A stretch of DNA of 63,790 nt, the filler included, from a bacterium (GTDB lineage: Bacteria > UBP18 > UBA7526): the NCBI GenBank assembly GCA_030615855.1. It is 6 parts of 6 records of this genome, joined end to end, with 100 filler letters (N's around TTAATTAATTAA, not from the genome) between each part and the next. Parts side by side here need not be neighbours in the genome. Positions count along the whole stretch, not along the records: positions 29,166 to 42,641 come from JAUWYL010000028.1; 5 more parts are not named here. One strand, written 5' to 3'. Of this stretch, positions 29,166 through 39,369 are shown piece by piece; position 1 is the first letter of the stretch; every line of letters starts with the position of its first letter. Made by a program: the position numbers and the translations under genes. Under the pieces are notes generated by a model. The model saw only the letters and a list, made by a program, of their open reading frames with translations. It was not told the origin of the DNA and searched no databases.

Positions 29166-30451
29166 CCCGCAAGGTAAAGAACGATGGAGCAAAATACTTC
29201 GGTCCCTATACCAATGCCAAAGCCATCCGCCAAACCCTAAAATTCCTAAGGACCCTCTTTCCCATCAGGACCTGCAAGAGGAAGATTGGCAAAAAGCCCT
29301 TGAAACCATGTCTTAACTATCATATTAAAAGGTGTTTTGCACCCTGTGCCGGAAAGATTAGTAAAGAAGACTATCGAAAAGTAGTGGATGAGGTTGGCCT
29401 ATTCTTAAAAGGAGAAAGGAGGGCGCTGATAAAGAGTTTAGAGAAGAGGATGAAAGGGGCGAAGGAATCTCTAAAATTTGAAGAAGCCATTATACTACGC
29501 GATCAGATAAGATCCTTGGAGAAGATAAGCGCCAGACAGAAGGTTGTCTCGACGAGGCCCATAGATCAGGATGTCATTGCTTTCGCCTTAGGCCCGGACA
29601 ATGCCTGCAGCCAGATATTTTTCATTCGTAAAGGAAAACTCATTGGTGGAGAGCACTTCTTCTTGAAGGGGATAAAGGATAAATCTAAAGAGGAGATTCT
29701 AACTCCTTTAGTAAAACAGTATTATTATAATGCGATTTATATTCCAAAGGAGGTTGTTCTCCAGAACGAGATAGAGGAAAAAGAGTTAATTAAAAGCTAT
29801 CTTGGGAAGAAGGGCAAACGGAGAGTTAGATTAATTGTCCCCCGAAAGGGAGATAAGTTGAAGCTAATTAAATTGGCCGAGAGGAATGCTCGCCTTGCGC
29901 TTACTCAGAAATATAGCGCCAGCCAACAGATGAAGAAGGAAGCCTTAGGAGAATTACAGAGGACCCTGGGATTAAGAGATCTTCCCTTCAGAATAGAGGC
30001 CTTCGATATCTCAAACATAAGCGGAACTTTAGCCACTGGCTCACTGGTGGTTTTCAGGGGGGGTGAGCCAGATAAGAATGAATATCGCAGATTTAGAATT
30101 AAAAGGACACGGGGGGTCGATGATTATGCTATGATGGCTGAGGTAGTAGAGAGACGCTATAGGCGTCTTTTGAAAGAAAGAAAGATTCTGCCCGATCTAA
30201 TCTTAATCGATGGGGGAAAGGGCCAACTTAGTGCTGCCTTAAAGGTCTTAAAGAGATTAAAAATAAAACTTCCCGTTGCTGCCTTAGCCAAGGAGTATGA
30301 GCATCTCTTCATTCCAGGAAAATTACCCCCCATTATCCTGGCTAAAAATTCTTCTGCATTATATCTTTTAAAGCAAATCAGAGACGAAGCCCATCGCTTC
30401 GCTTTAGCTTACCACAGAAAACTAAGAAAGAAGAAAATTATTCATGACTAA
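29166..30451 (+). CDS. uvrC: Excinuclease ABC subunit C (5' truncated)
   Basis: YFGPYT, PCLNYHIKRCFAPC, RIEAFDISN, LIDGGKGQL, IRDEAHRFA. Confidence 0.95.
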
Positions 30452-30725
30452 ACTCGATTTGAGCGGTCTCACTCCTTTTCAGAGGAAGGCCTTGGAAGTA
30501 GTAAAGACCATTCCCTATGGAGAGACAAGGACCTATAAATGGGTAGCCAGGGAAATGGGAAATCCAAAGGCAGCCCGGGCCGTAGGCCAGGCTTTGAAAA
30601 GGAATCCCTATCCTATAATTATTCCCTGCCACAGGGTAATCCGTAGCAATGGAAAATTAGGAGGCTACTCAAAAGGAACCCAGAAAAAGAAAAGACTCCT
30701 TAAAGAGGAAGGAGTTACTAGATAG
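30444..30725 (+). CDS. ogt: Minimal O6-methylguanine-DNA methyltransferase (MGMT family)
   Basis: IPYGETRTY, ARAVGQAL.RNP, IPCHRV. Confidence 0.9.
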   Translation: MTKLDLSGLTPFQRKALEVVKTIPYGETRTYKWVAREMGNPKAARAVGQALKRNPYPIIIPCHRVIRSNGKLGGYSKGTQKKKRLLKEEGVTR

Positions 30726-30749
30726 ACTGCTTTTAGTTTCGTTCAATCA

Positions 30750-30778
30750 TTGACAATCTACCTCAAATGGGGTAGAAT
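30750..30778 (+). promoter_or_regulatory. sigma70-type promoter
   Basis: TTGACA-17-TAGAAT. Confidence 0.75.
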
Positions 30779-30787
30779 AATATTGGT

Positions 30788-30813
30788 ATCATTCGCACGA
30801 ATGAGCGAATGAT
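30788..30813. repeat. Palindromic site TCATTCGCACGAATGAGCGAATGA, copy 1 of 3
   Basis: identical 24-mer at 31295-31318 and 33237-33260. Confidence 0.85.
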
Positions 30814-30894
30814 ATTTCATACATTATTTATCTGTGTGAATCTGTAGTTTTAATCTGTGCTAATCTGTGCTAATCTGTGGTTCAGGAGGGAAGG

Positions 30895-31006
30895 ATGAAT
30901 CCCGTTAGACCTATCTCGCCGGTAATTCCCAGTTATGGAATTAACAACAGGTTTTGGTTTTATATACATATTTCAAAACGAAAGAATGGAGGTCTAACGG
31001 GATGAA
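30895..31006. mobile_element. Miniature IR element flanked by ATGAA direct repeats
   Basis: ATGAA-TCCCGTTAGACCT...AGGTCTAACGGG-ATGAA. Confidence 0.7.
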
Positions 31007-31280
31007 GGAACTGACCAAGCTCTTTAAAGCCCTGGCCAATGAGAGGAGACTTAAGATATTATACCTTTTGGCTAAAAAAGGAAAGGGGACGGTCTCCAGT
31101 ATCAGTCAAAGTTTGGGCCTTTCTATTAGAAGTATCTCCAAGCATCTCTTGAAGTTAGAGGATACTGGTTTAATAGCGCGCAAACAGACGAGTAAATGGG
31201 TCTATTATTCCTTGAATGACAATCCAAAAGAGGATGTAAAACACTTACTCAGAATACTTCGCAGAAGACGAAGAAAGTAA
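31002..31280 (+). CDS. ArsR/SmtB family transcriptional regulator
   Basis: LFKALANERRLKIL, SISKHLLKLEDTGLI, VYYSL. Confidence 0.9.
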   Translation: MKELTKLFKALANERRLKILYLLAKKGKGTVSSISQSLGLSIRSISKHLLKLEDTGLIARKQTSKWVYYSLNDNPKEDVKHLLRILRRRRRK

Positions 31281-31346
31281 CTTTAGATATTCGCTCATTC
31301 GCACGAATGAGCGAATGATAGAAAGCCTGATTAAGGAGTCGCGGAA

Positions 31347-33209
31347 TTGAAGAAGGTAGTAGGTTTATGTTTAATAATATTCCTGACGCTATTAGCATCT
31401 CTTGTTTATGCTGATGTAATTCATTTAAGAGATGGAGGAACAGTTGAGGGGAAGATAATAGAGGAGACTAAAGACATAGTTAAAGTAAAAACTACCTATG
31501 GAATAATATCTTTTCAGAAAGATCAGATAGCTTCCATAGAGAAGCGAGTTACGGATGAGGAGATTTACAAAAAGAAGGCATCAAAGATAAAACCCAATGA
31601 CCCAGAAGCACACCATCAACTCGGCCTCTTCTGTATCAAGAAGGGATTGAATAATCATGCCATTGAAGAATTCAAAGAAACCTTAAGGCTGAAATCAAAA
31701 CATATCGATGCCTGCTACTATCTGGGCATCGCCTATGAAAGAAAAGGAAAGCATAAAAAGGCGTTAAAAAAATTTAAAGAAGTATTGAAGCAGAACCCAT
31801 TCTATAGTGCCCGAGACAAAGATCGACTCTTCAACCTTCTAAAGAAGGCAAAAGAGAGTAAAAATTACTCTGAAGTTCATTCCTATTTGGGAGACGCCTA
31901 TGAAAGGCAAGGGGAATATGAAGAAGCGTTGGCTGAGTGGGAGAGGGTGATCGACACCTGCTTTGAATCGACGGAGGAGGAAAGAGAGAGGGCAAGAAGA
32001 CATCTAAGAATATTACATAAGAGGATCCCTCCCAATAAAGACCCTGCCAAGGCCAATGTCTGGGACATGTTCGTCGCCATCTTTAGGAAAACGGACTTTA
32101 CCTGGGTAGATAAGAAAGGGATTGTAAAGCATGTCGCTGTCTCTTTAACTGATGAGCAGATTGATACTATACGCTCGAGTATGATGGATTTTGCCAAGTG
32201 GGTATTTGAGCATTCAAGGGGTCAGATGCGGATCAGTCTTAAATTTAAAGTCATCGATGAACCGATATCTAAGATTAGCACCTATCGCGGGAAATATATG
32301 CTCAAGCCAGAGGACGTGAAGAACTCCATCACAAACCTCTATAAATGGGGGAAGACCGATACCCTTGCTATCTTCTGGAATTCAGGAGATATTCCACTCG
32401 CTCGCGGTGGTTACTGTTTCTCTCATGGGAGCGCAAGAAAGAATGCCTCTGTTTTCTTATGTGCTATGTTACCCAAGTTTGATGTTACTTCTAGAACTTT
32501 TAATGTGGCCAGACACGAATGGCTACATAATCTCGATAGTGCAATCACCAATGTATTAAAGTACAAAAAAGAACTCTTCCCAGACATCGAGCGGCCGGCA
32601 GCAAGCTATAAAGAATATTCCAAGGACGTCTTCTATGAGGATATGATGAAGACCTGGGTGACATCGAAGATGTGGCAGGAGGCCACAATTATAGACGTAA
32701 TTACCGCTCCCTTCATCAGGGATTGGCTAGTTTGTGGTCCCTTTGATAACTCAAAGAAGAATGGCTTGGCTACTGATTATATTCATGAGGAGTATATGAA
32801 GCCATCTTTAGGAAAGGCAAGTAATGGAAAGAGATGGAAAGAACTAAAGAGTTCTAAAGATTATATAAACCTCAGGAGAAGTTTCAAGCCGAATAATTAT
32901 GTCGTTGCCTATGTCCATACCTATATCTACTCACCCAAAGAACAGAGGGCCAGATTATGGATAGGAAATGATGATGGTGTCAAAGTATGGTTGAATGGCA
33001 GATTAATACGGGAAAGTCCAGCGCCCGGTGGGGCTCGACCCTGGGAGGAATTGGTACCCATTACTTTAGAAAAAGGCTGCAACCGGCTTTTGATGAAGGT
33101 TGATCAACTGGAAAAGGGTTGGGGATTTTACGCTCAGATATGTGACAATCGAAGCAAAGAGATTAAAGGGCTGAAGTATCAATTAAATCAACCACAAGAG
33201 ATAAAGTAA
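31347..33209 (+). CDS. Secreted TPR protein with HExxH motif and C-terminal PA14-like beta domain
   Basis: signal peptide, DVIHLRDG, TPRs, HEWLH, WLVCGPF...IGNDDGVKVWLNG. Confidence 0.75.
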   Translation: MKKVVGLCLIIFLTLLASLVYADVIHLRDGGTVEGKIIEETKDIVKVKTTYGIISFQKDQIASIEKRVTDEEIYKKKASKIKPNDPEAHHQLGLFCIKKGLNNHAIEEFKETLRLKSKHIDACYYLGIAYERKGKHKKALKKFKEVLKQNPFYSARDKDRLFNLLKKAKESKNYSEVHSYLGDAYERQGEYEEALAEWERVIDTCFESTEEERERARRHLRILHKRIPPNKDPAKANVWDMFVAIFRKTDFTWVDKKGIVKHVAVSLTDEQIDTIRSSMMDFAKWVFEHSRGQMRISLKFKVIDEPISKISTYRGKYMLKPEDVKNSITNLYKWGKTDTLAIFWNSGDIPLARGGYCFSHGSARKNASVFLCAMLPKFDVTSRTFNVARHEWLHNLDSAITNVLKYKKELFPDIERPAASYKEYSKDVFYEDMMKTWVTSKMWQEATIIDVITAPFIRDWLVCGPFDNSKKNGLATDYIHEEYMKPSLGKASNGKRWKELKSSKDYINLRRSFKPNNYVVAYVHTYIYSPKEQRARLWIGNDDGVKVWLNGRLIRESPAPGGARPWEELVPITLEKGCNRLLMKVDQLEKGWGFYAQICDNRSKEIKGLKYQLNQPQEIK

Positions 33210-33299
33210 AATTTTTTAGAGAAAGTGAAGATAGAATCATTCGCACGAATGAGCGAATGACACTTGAAGCAGATTTTGGTGTTTGAAGGATAAAAGGAA

Positions 33300-36116
33300 A
33301 TGTTAGGGTTTGTTTTAAAGAAGATATTTGGGACAAAGCAGGAGAGGGATATCAAGCAGTTAAAACCTCTTACAGGAGAGATTAATGCTTTGGAGCCAGA
33401 TATCTCGAAGCTGAGCGATCGAGAGCTTCGGGCCAAGACGGATGAGTTCAAAGCCCGCATCAGAGAAAAGGAGAAGGAATTTGAGGAAGCGATAAGAGGA
33501 TTGAAAAAGGAACTATCTGAGGCCGTCTCTCCCAAGGGAAAGGAGAAGATAAAGATTAAATTAAAAGAGACCAAGAATAAGATATTGGGAGATATCCTTC
33601 CCACGGCCTTTGCCGTAGTGAGAGAAGTGGGAAAAAAGACCATCAATATGAGGCACTTCGATGTCCAGTTGATAGGAGGAATTGTCTTACATCAGGGGAA
33701 GATCGCTGAGATGGCTACGGGAGAGGGGAAGACCTTGGTGGCTACCCTAAATGCTTACTTAAATGGTCTCAGTGGAGAAGGGGTGCATATCGTTACCGTT
33801 AATGACTATTTAGCCAGAAGGGATACGGAATGGATGGGTCCCATATATGATTTCTTGGGCCTATCCGTGGGATGCATCCAGCACGATAAGTCATTCCTCT
33901 TCGATCTATCCATAAGTGAGACGGGAAAGTGGGAACTAGATAAGGTGGGTTCCGGGATATATCTTCGTCCAGTAAGTAGACAGGAGGCCTACCAGGCAGA
34001 CATTACCTATGGAACGAATAATGAGTTTGGCTTCGATTACCTTCGTGACAATATGGCCATAGGGCTCCAGGATAGGGTTCAGAGAAAACTCAACTATGCC
34101 ATTGTCGATGAGGTGGATTCCATCTTAATTGATGAAGCAAGGACACCTTTGATTATCTCCGGACCAGCAGAGGAGTCAACGGATAAATATATTATTGTGG
34201 AACGTCAGGTAATACCTCGTCTTCAAGGGAGGAAAATCCTTGAGGAAGAGGAGATAGAGGCCAAGAAAACCGGGGCTGATTTAGAGAAGGGCTATGATTA
34301 TATTGCGGATGAAAAGGCCGGGACCATTAAACTTACGGAGCAGGGGATTACTAATAGTGAAAAAATATTAAAGGTGGACGATATCTATGCCCCGCCGGGG
34401 GAATGGGCCCATCATATCACTCAAGGACTACGGGCTAAGGAATTCTTCCACCGGGATCATCACTATATGGTAAAGGATGGTCAGGTGATTATTGTCGATG
34501 AGTTCACGGGAAGATTAATGCCCGGTAGAAGGTGGAGTGAAGGACTCCATCAGGCAATAGAGGCCAAGGAGAATGTAAAGATTGCCAGGGAGAATCAGAC
34601 CTTAGCCACCATTACCTTCCAGAATTACTTCCGGATGTATGATAAGTTAGCGGGAATGACCGGAACTGCCGCCACTGAGGCAGAGGAGTTTAATGAGATC
34701 TATAAGTTAGATGTCGTAGTTATCCCTCCTAATAAGTCTTTAATAAGATACCAGTGGCCGGATGTGATATATAAGACAGGGGAAGAGAAGTTCAAGGCAG
34801 CGGTAGAGGAGATAGCAAAATTACATAAGGAAGGAAGACCAGTCTTAGTAGGAACGGTATCCATTGAGAAGAGCGAATATTTAAGTAATCTACTACGGAA
34901 GAAGGGGATTCCCCATGAGGTATTGAATGCCAAGAACCATGAGAGGGAGGCCCATATTATTGCTAAGGCGGGGCAGAAGGGTTCAGTGACCATTTCTACC
35001 AATATGGCAGGGAGGGGAACGGACATTGTCTTAGGAAAAGGGGTTGCCCAGATGGACGGGCTCCATGTCTTAGGGACAGAGAGACATGAGGCCAGGAGGG
35101 TTGATAATCAGTTGAGGGGAAGGGCGGGGAGGCAGGGAGACCCTGGTTCCTCAAGATTTTACCTCTCTTTACAGGATGACCTTATGAGACTCTTCGGTTC
35201 GGATCGCATCTCTTTCATCATGGATAAACTCCATATCCCCTCTGATCAGCCCATTGAACATGCCCTGGTGACCAGGGCCATTACCACTGCCCAGAAGAGG
35301 GTGGAGCAGCGGAACTTTGAGATACGAAAACACCTCTTAGAATATGACGATGTCATGGAGAAGCAGAGGGACTATATCTATAGAAGAAGAAGGGAAATTC
35401 TGGAGAAGGAGAATCAGAGCCAGGCCATCAAGGAATGGATGGAGGGGATCTTAGATAGTGCTTTAGATATCCATATCTTGGAGAAGACCCATCCCGAGGA
35501 TTGGGATATAGAGGGATTGAATAGAGGACTCGGCCAAGTATTTCCCATTGCTTTGAGAAGAGAGGACATCGATCTTTCACGAATAACGAGAGAGGATCTG
35601 AGAAGGATACTCTGGGATGCTATTCTCAAAGCCTATCAAGAGAAGGAGGAAAGGATTGGCCCGGAGAGCATGCGTGCCCTGGAAAGGGACATTATGCTCC
35701 ACATCGTTGATTCCAGGTGGAAAGACCACCTCTATAATCTGGACCACCTGAAAGAGGGGATCGGCCTTCGCGCCTATGGCCAGAGGGATCCCTTGATAGA
35801 ATATAAACATGAATCCTTTAATTACTTTACTACTCTATGCGAGGCCATTCCCCAGGAGGGGATTGCGCTCTTATTTAAGGTTCGCTTACCGGGAGAAGCG
35901 CACGAGAGAGAAGCACCGGTTAGAAGACACTTCATCCATCAACGCTACTCGACCTACGACATGGCAGAAGCAAAAGGAGAAGTTGAACAGCCGGATATCA
36001 GAGGAGAGCCGGAGGCCAAGCCCCTTCCCTTTAAGAGGCCGGGGAGGAAGATCGGGAGGAATGAGCCCTGTCCCTGTGGAAGCGGGAAGAAGTATAAGTA
36101 TTGTTGTGGAAGTTAA
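33300..36116 (+). CDS. secA: Preprotein translocase subunit SecA
   Basis: [47 protein letters not shown]. Confidence 0.98.
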   Translation: MLGFVLKKIFGTKQERDIKQLKPLTGEINALEPDISKLSDRELRAKTDEFKARIREKEKEFEEAIRGLKKELSEAVSPKGKEKIKIKLKETKNKILGDILPTAFAVVREVGKKTINMRHFDVQLIGGIVLHQGKIAEMATGEGKTLVATLNAYLNGLSGEGVHIVTVNDYLARRDTEWMGPIYDFLGLSVGCIQHDKSFLFDLSISETGKWELDKVGSGIYLRPVSRQEAYQADITYGTNNEFGFDYLRDNMAIGLQDRVQRKLNYAIVDEVDSILIDEARTPLIISGPAEESTDKYIIVERQVIPRLQGRKILEEEEIEAKKTGADLEKGYDYIADEKAGTIKLTEQGITNSEKILKVDDIYAPPGEWAHHITQGLRAKEFFHRDHHYMVKDGQVIIVDEFTGRLMPGRRWSEGLHQAIEAKENVKIARENQTLATITFQNYFRMYDKLAGMTGTAATEAEEFNEIYKLDVVVIPPNKSLIRYQWPDVIYKTGEEKFKAAVEEIAKLHKEGRPVLVGTVSIEKSEYLSNLLRKKGIPHEVLNAKNHEREAHIIAKAGQKGSVTISTNMAGRGTDIVLGKGVAQMDGLHVLGTERHEARRVDNQLRGRAGRQGDPGSSRFYLSLQDDLMRLFGSDRISFIMDKLHIPSDQPIEHALVTRAITTAQKRVEQRNFEIRKHLLEYDDVMEKQRDYIYRRRREILEKENQSQAIKEWMEGILDSALDIHILEKTHPEDWDIEGLNRGLGQVFPIALRREDIDLSRITREDLRRILWDAILKAYQEKEERIGPESMRALERDIMLHIVDSRWKDHLYNLDHLKEGIGLRAYGQRDPLIEYKHESFNYFTTLCEAIPQEGIALLFKVRLPGEAHEREAPVRRHFIHQRYSTYDMAEAKGEVEQPDIRGEPEAKPLPFKRPGRKIGRNEPCPCGSGKKYKYCCGS

Positions 36117-36131
36117 CACGGATAGGCACGG

Positions 36132-36518
36132 ATGGGAAAACGGATGAGCACGGATACGAAACACTTTACGTATTATTGGCTACCGCTGATTCTCTATGCG
36201 GGAGTGATATTTACCGTTTCTTCCTTTCCTCTGCCACCACCAAAGGTTGAGATTCCTTTTATAGATAAGTTCATCCATTTGGTAGAGTATGGAATATTGG
36301 GCTTTCTCTTCTATCGTGCCCTAAGAATTTCGAGGTTGGCAAGGCGAGTCTTCATTCTCGCTATTATCTTTTCTATTCTCTATGCTCTGAGCGATGAGAT
36401 TCATCAGTTTTTTGTTCCCGGAAGAAAATTCGACCTCTGGGACTTAGCAGCCGATAGTTTAGGAATCGTTTTGGTTACTTTATATCTGAAACATAAGCAG
36501 GGGTTAGCACGAAAATAA
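36132..36518 (+). CDS. VanZ family protein (start uncertain)
   Basis: DKFIHLVEYGILG, YALSDEIHQFFVPGR, DLAAD. Confidence 0.88.
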   Translation: MGKRMSTDTKHFTYYWLPLILYAGVIFTVSSFPLPPPKVEIPFIDKFIHLVEYGILGFLFYRALRISRLARRVFILAIIFSILYALSDEIHQFFVPGRKFDLWDLAADSLGIVLVTLYLKHKQGLARK

Positions 36519-36573
36519 GAGGGTTATTAACAATTTTAACTGGTATTAACCTTTTTCTTAGCAAGGATAAATA

Positions 36574-38094
36574 ATGAGATATCGCTCAATGTTTCTGGCC
36601 ATTCTCTCTGGAATTTTACTTATTTTTATCTTTCCTACTGTACTATTTGGCTATCACTTCCCCGATTTAGGAATTTTAGCCTGGATAGCATTAGTCCCGC
36701 TCTTCTTAGCTATTAAAAATAAGAGCCCAAAGAACGCCTTCGGTCTGGGTCTCCTTGCTGGATTGGTAAGCTTCTCAATAATTCTTTACTGGATAAGGAT
36801 TCTTTCTCCTCTAATCGGCCTTCTTATTTTAGCCTTTTACCTCGCTCTCTACATCGCCCTCTTCTGTTTTTTGTTTAATCTCTGTTTACGGTTTACGGTT
36901 TACGGTTTACGGTTTATTGTGGCTCCCTGTTTGTGGGTTGCCTTAGAATATCTCCGCTCCATTTTTCTATCCGGCTTTCCCTGGGCCCTCTTAGGACATA
37001 GCCAGTATCTAAACATACCTCTCATCCAGATTTCAGAGTTCACTGGAGCCTATGGAGTCTCATTTTTGATTGTCCTAGTGAATGCTACTATCGCCTATAG
37101 AATAGGCGAAGTCCAAAGTCCAAAGTCCAAAGTCAGAAAAATTCTTCCAATTGCAATAGTGGCAATCATTGTGGGCGCTTGCTTTACTTATGGGAAATTG
37201 ATGCTTCGTGCCTCACACCTCACACCTCGCACCTCAGAACTAAAAGTGGGTATTGTTCAGGGGAATGTTGATTTAGAGGAGAAGTGGAGCGAAATTCTTC
37301 ACGAAAAGGTCTTGGATACCCATATCAGATTGACAGAAGAAGTAGCAAAAGAAGAGCCAGAACTAATTGTCTGGAGCGAGACCGCTACCGCTTCCTGTCT
37401 AAAACATGAGGAAGGGGATTTAGCCAAACTCTCAAATTTAGCGAAAAAATTAAAAAGCCATTTACTCATCGGCTCTTTAGATCTGGCTACCCAGGGTGAC
37501 TATTACAATAGTGCCTTTCTCATCTCTCCCCAAGGCAATATCGCCTATCAATATAATAAGGTCCATCTGGTTCCCTTTGGAGAGGTTATTCCTCTAAGGA
37601 GACAGATTCCTCTTTTGGCCAGGTTGGTGGAGGGAATGGGGGGAGGAGGCTTTAGGGCAGGAGAGGAATTAACCATCTTTGATATAGATGGGAAGAGGTT
37701 CGGAGTACTAATCTGTTACGAGGGGCTCTTCGATAATCTGGTAAGAAAGTTTGTCAAAAAAGGTGCCGACTTTATGATTAACATTACCAATGATGCCTGG
37801 TATGAGAGAACGTCCGCTCCCTATCAGCACTTCTCATTTTCCATTTTCCGAGCCATAGAGAATAGGGTTCCCATTGTTCGGGCAGCAAATACCGGGGTCT
37901 CGGGATTTATCGATTCCTACGGAAGAATAAGAAAGGATTTAGACATCTTCATTGAAGGAACCCTGGTTGATAAGATTAGTCTGAAGAAACAGGAGACCTT
38001 CTACACCAGATTCGGCAACCTCTTCGCTTATCTCTGCCTAGGCCTAAGCGGCCTTCTCTTAATCGGGGCACTAATTAAGAAAAAGAGACATTAA
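36574..38094 (+). CDS. lnt: Apolipoprotein N-acyltransferase
   Basis: GFPWALLGHSQ, VWSETA, KVHLVPFGE, LICYE, NITNDAWY, RAANTGVS. Confidence 0.95.
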   Translation: MRYRSMFLAILSGILLIFIFPTVLFGYHFPDLGILAWIALVPLFLAIKNKSPKNAFGLGLLAGLVSFSIILYWIRILSPLIGLLILAFYLALYIALFCFLFNLCLRFTVYGLRFIVAPCLWVALEYLRSIFLSGFPWALLGHSQYLNIPLIQISEFTGAYGVSFLIVLVNATIAYRIGEVQSPKSKVRKILPIAIVAIIVGACFTYGKLMLRASHLTPRTSELKVGIVQGNVDLEEKWSEILHEKVLDTHIRLTEEVAKEEPELIVWSETATASCLKHEEGDLAKLSNLAKKLKSHLLIGSLDLATQGDYYNSAFLISPQGNIAYQYNKVHLVPFGEVIPLRRQIPLLARLVEGMGGGGFRAGEELTIFDIDGKRFGVLICYEGLFDNLVRKFVKKGADFMINITNDAWYERTSAPYQHFSFSIFRAIENRVPIVRAANTGVSGFIDSYGRIRKDLDIFIEGTLVDKISLKKQETFYTRFGNLFAYLCLGLSGLLLIGALIKKKRH

Positions 38095-38220
38095 ACCATT
38101 CGCGCGAATTGGCAAATGTTGTAAACTAAAATAATTTGCGTTTATAGTATCCGTGCTAATCCGTGTTTTTAAGCTCAAGCAGTAAGCGAAGCAAAGAAAT
38201 CCGTGTCTAGGGGGAATGAA

Positions 38221-39313
38221 ATGATTGAAGAATTGACAAAAGAACTGGAGAGACTAAAAAAGGGACTAGAAGAGATAAGGGGCTATCTTTGACTTAGATG
38301 AGTGTAGAAAAGAGATCGAAAGGTTAGAGAAGGAGACCCTGGTCCCGGACTTCTGGAAGGATAGGAAGAAGGCAGCCAGCACCACAAAGAGGTTAAATGC
38401 TCTAAAGACGAAACTCAACTCCTGGACGAAGTTGAAAGAGGATTATGAGGAGTTAGAGGTATATTTAGAGCTTCTAAAAGAGAAAGAGGATGAGAAGGTA
38501 ATCAAAGAGGTTCAGGAAGGAATCTCTGAACTCTCTAAGGAGCTGGATAGCCTAAAACTAAAGAGCATGCTTAAGGAGGAAGAAGACCCCAATAACGCCA
38601 TTCTCTTCATTCATGCTGGTGCCGGAGGAACGGAGTCCTGCGACTGGGCAAATATACTCTTGAGGATGTATCTCAGATGGGTAGAGAGGAAGGGATACAG
38701 TTCCCAGATTCTCCATATTACTGGTGGAGAGGAGGCAGGAATAAGATCGGCAACCCTCCTCATCAGTGGCCTCTATGCCTATGGGTATCTTAAGGCGGAG
38801 AGCGGGGTCCATCGGTTAGTAAGAATCTCTCCCTTCGATGCCGCAAAGAGGAGGCATACCTCCTTCGCCTCTGTCTTTGCCTCTCCCGAGATCGATGAAT
38901 CCATAGAGGTAGAGATTAAGGATGCTGATTTAAAAATAGATACCTATCGGGCAAGTGGGGCAGGAGGACAGCATGTCAATGTCACTGACTCCGCGGTAAG
39001 GATAACCCATCTTCCCACCGGGATTGTTGCCCAGTGCCAGAATGAGAGGTCGCAGCACCAGAATAAAGCAACCGCTTTAAAGATTCTACGTTCCCGACTA
39101 TTCGAGTATTATCGAGAAAAAGAAAGGGAGAAATTGGCTGAGATTGAGAAGAAAAAGAAGAAGATTGAGTGGGGCTCCCAGATCCGCTCCTATGTCTTAC
39201 ATCCCTATAGAATGGTCAAGGACCATCGGACAAACTTAGAGAAAGGAAATGTGGATAAGGTTCTGGATGGAGAGATAGATGAGTTCATAGAGGCCTACTT
39301 AACGCGTGCTTGA
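38221..39313 (+). CDS. prfB: Peptide chain release factor 2 with programmed +1 frameshift
   Basis: ATG 38221; AGGGGC-TAT-CTT-TGA-C slip site at 38287-38293; SPF and GGQ motifs. Confidence 0.96.
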
Positions 39314-39339
39314 CATATAGAAGCAATATGTGATATGAT
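39310..39339 (+). promoter_or_regulatory. Putative promoter of lysS
   Basis: TTGACA-18-TATGAT. Confidence 0.5.
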
Positions 39340-39369
39340 AAAAATTCAAATAATTGACGTGAGGTAAAA

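Noticed and set aside
33460-33590. Extra charged helical segment near the SecA N-terminus
   Set aside because: Such insertions are, to my knowledge, common in SecA of several phyla; nothing indicates an intein or a new domain.
38278-38293. In-frame stop early in prfB
   Set aside because: Canonical RF2 autoregulatory +1 frameshift, not a pseudogene or a novelty.
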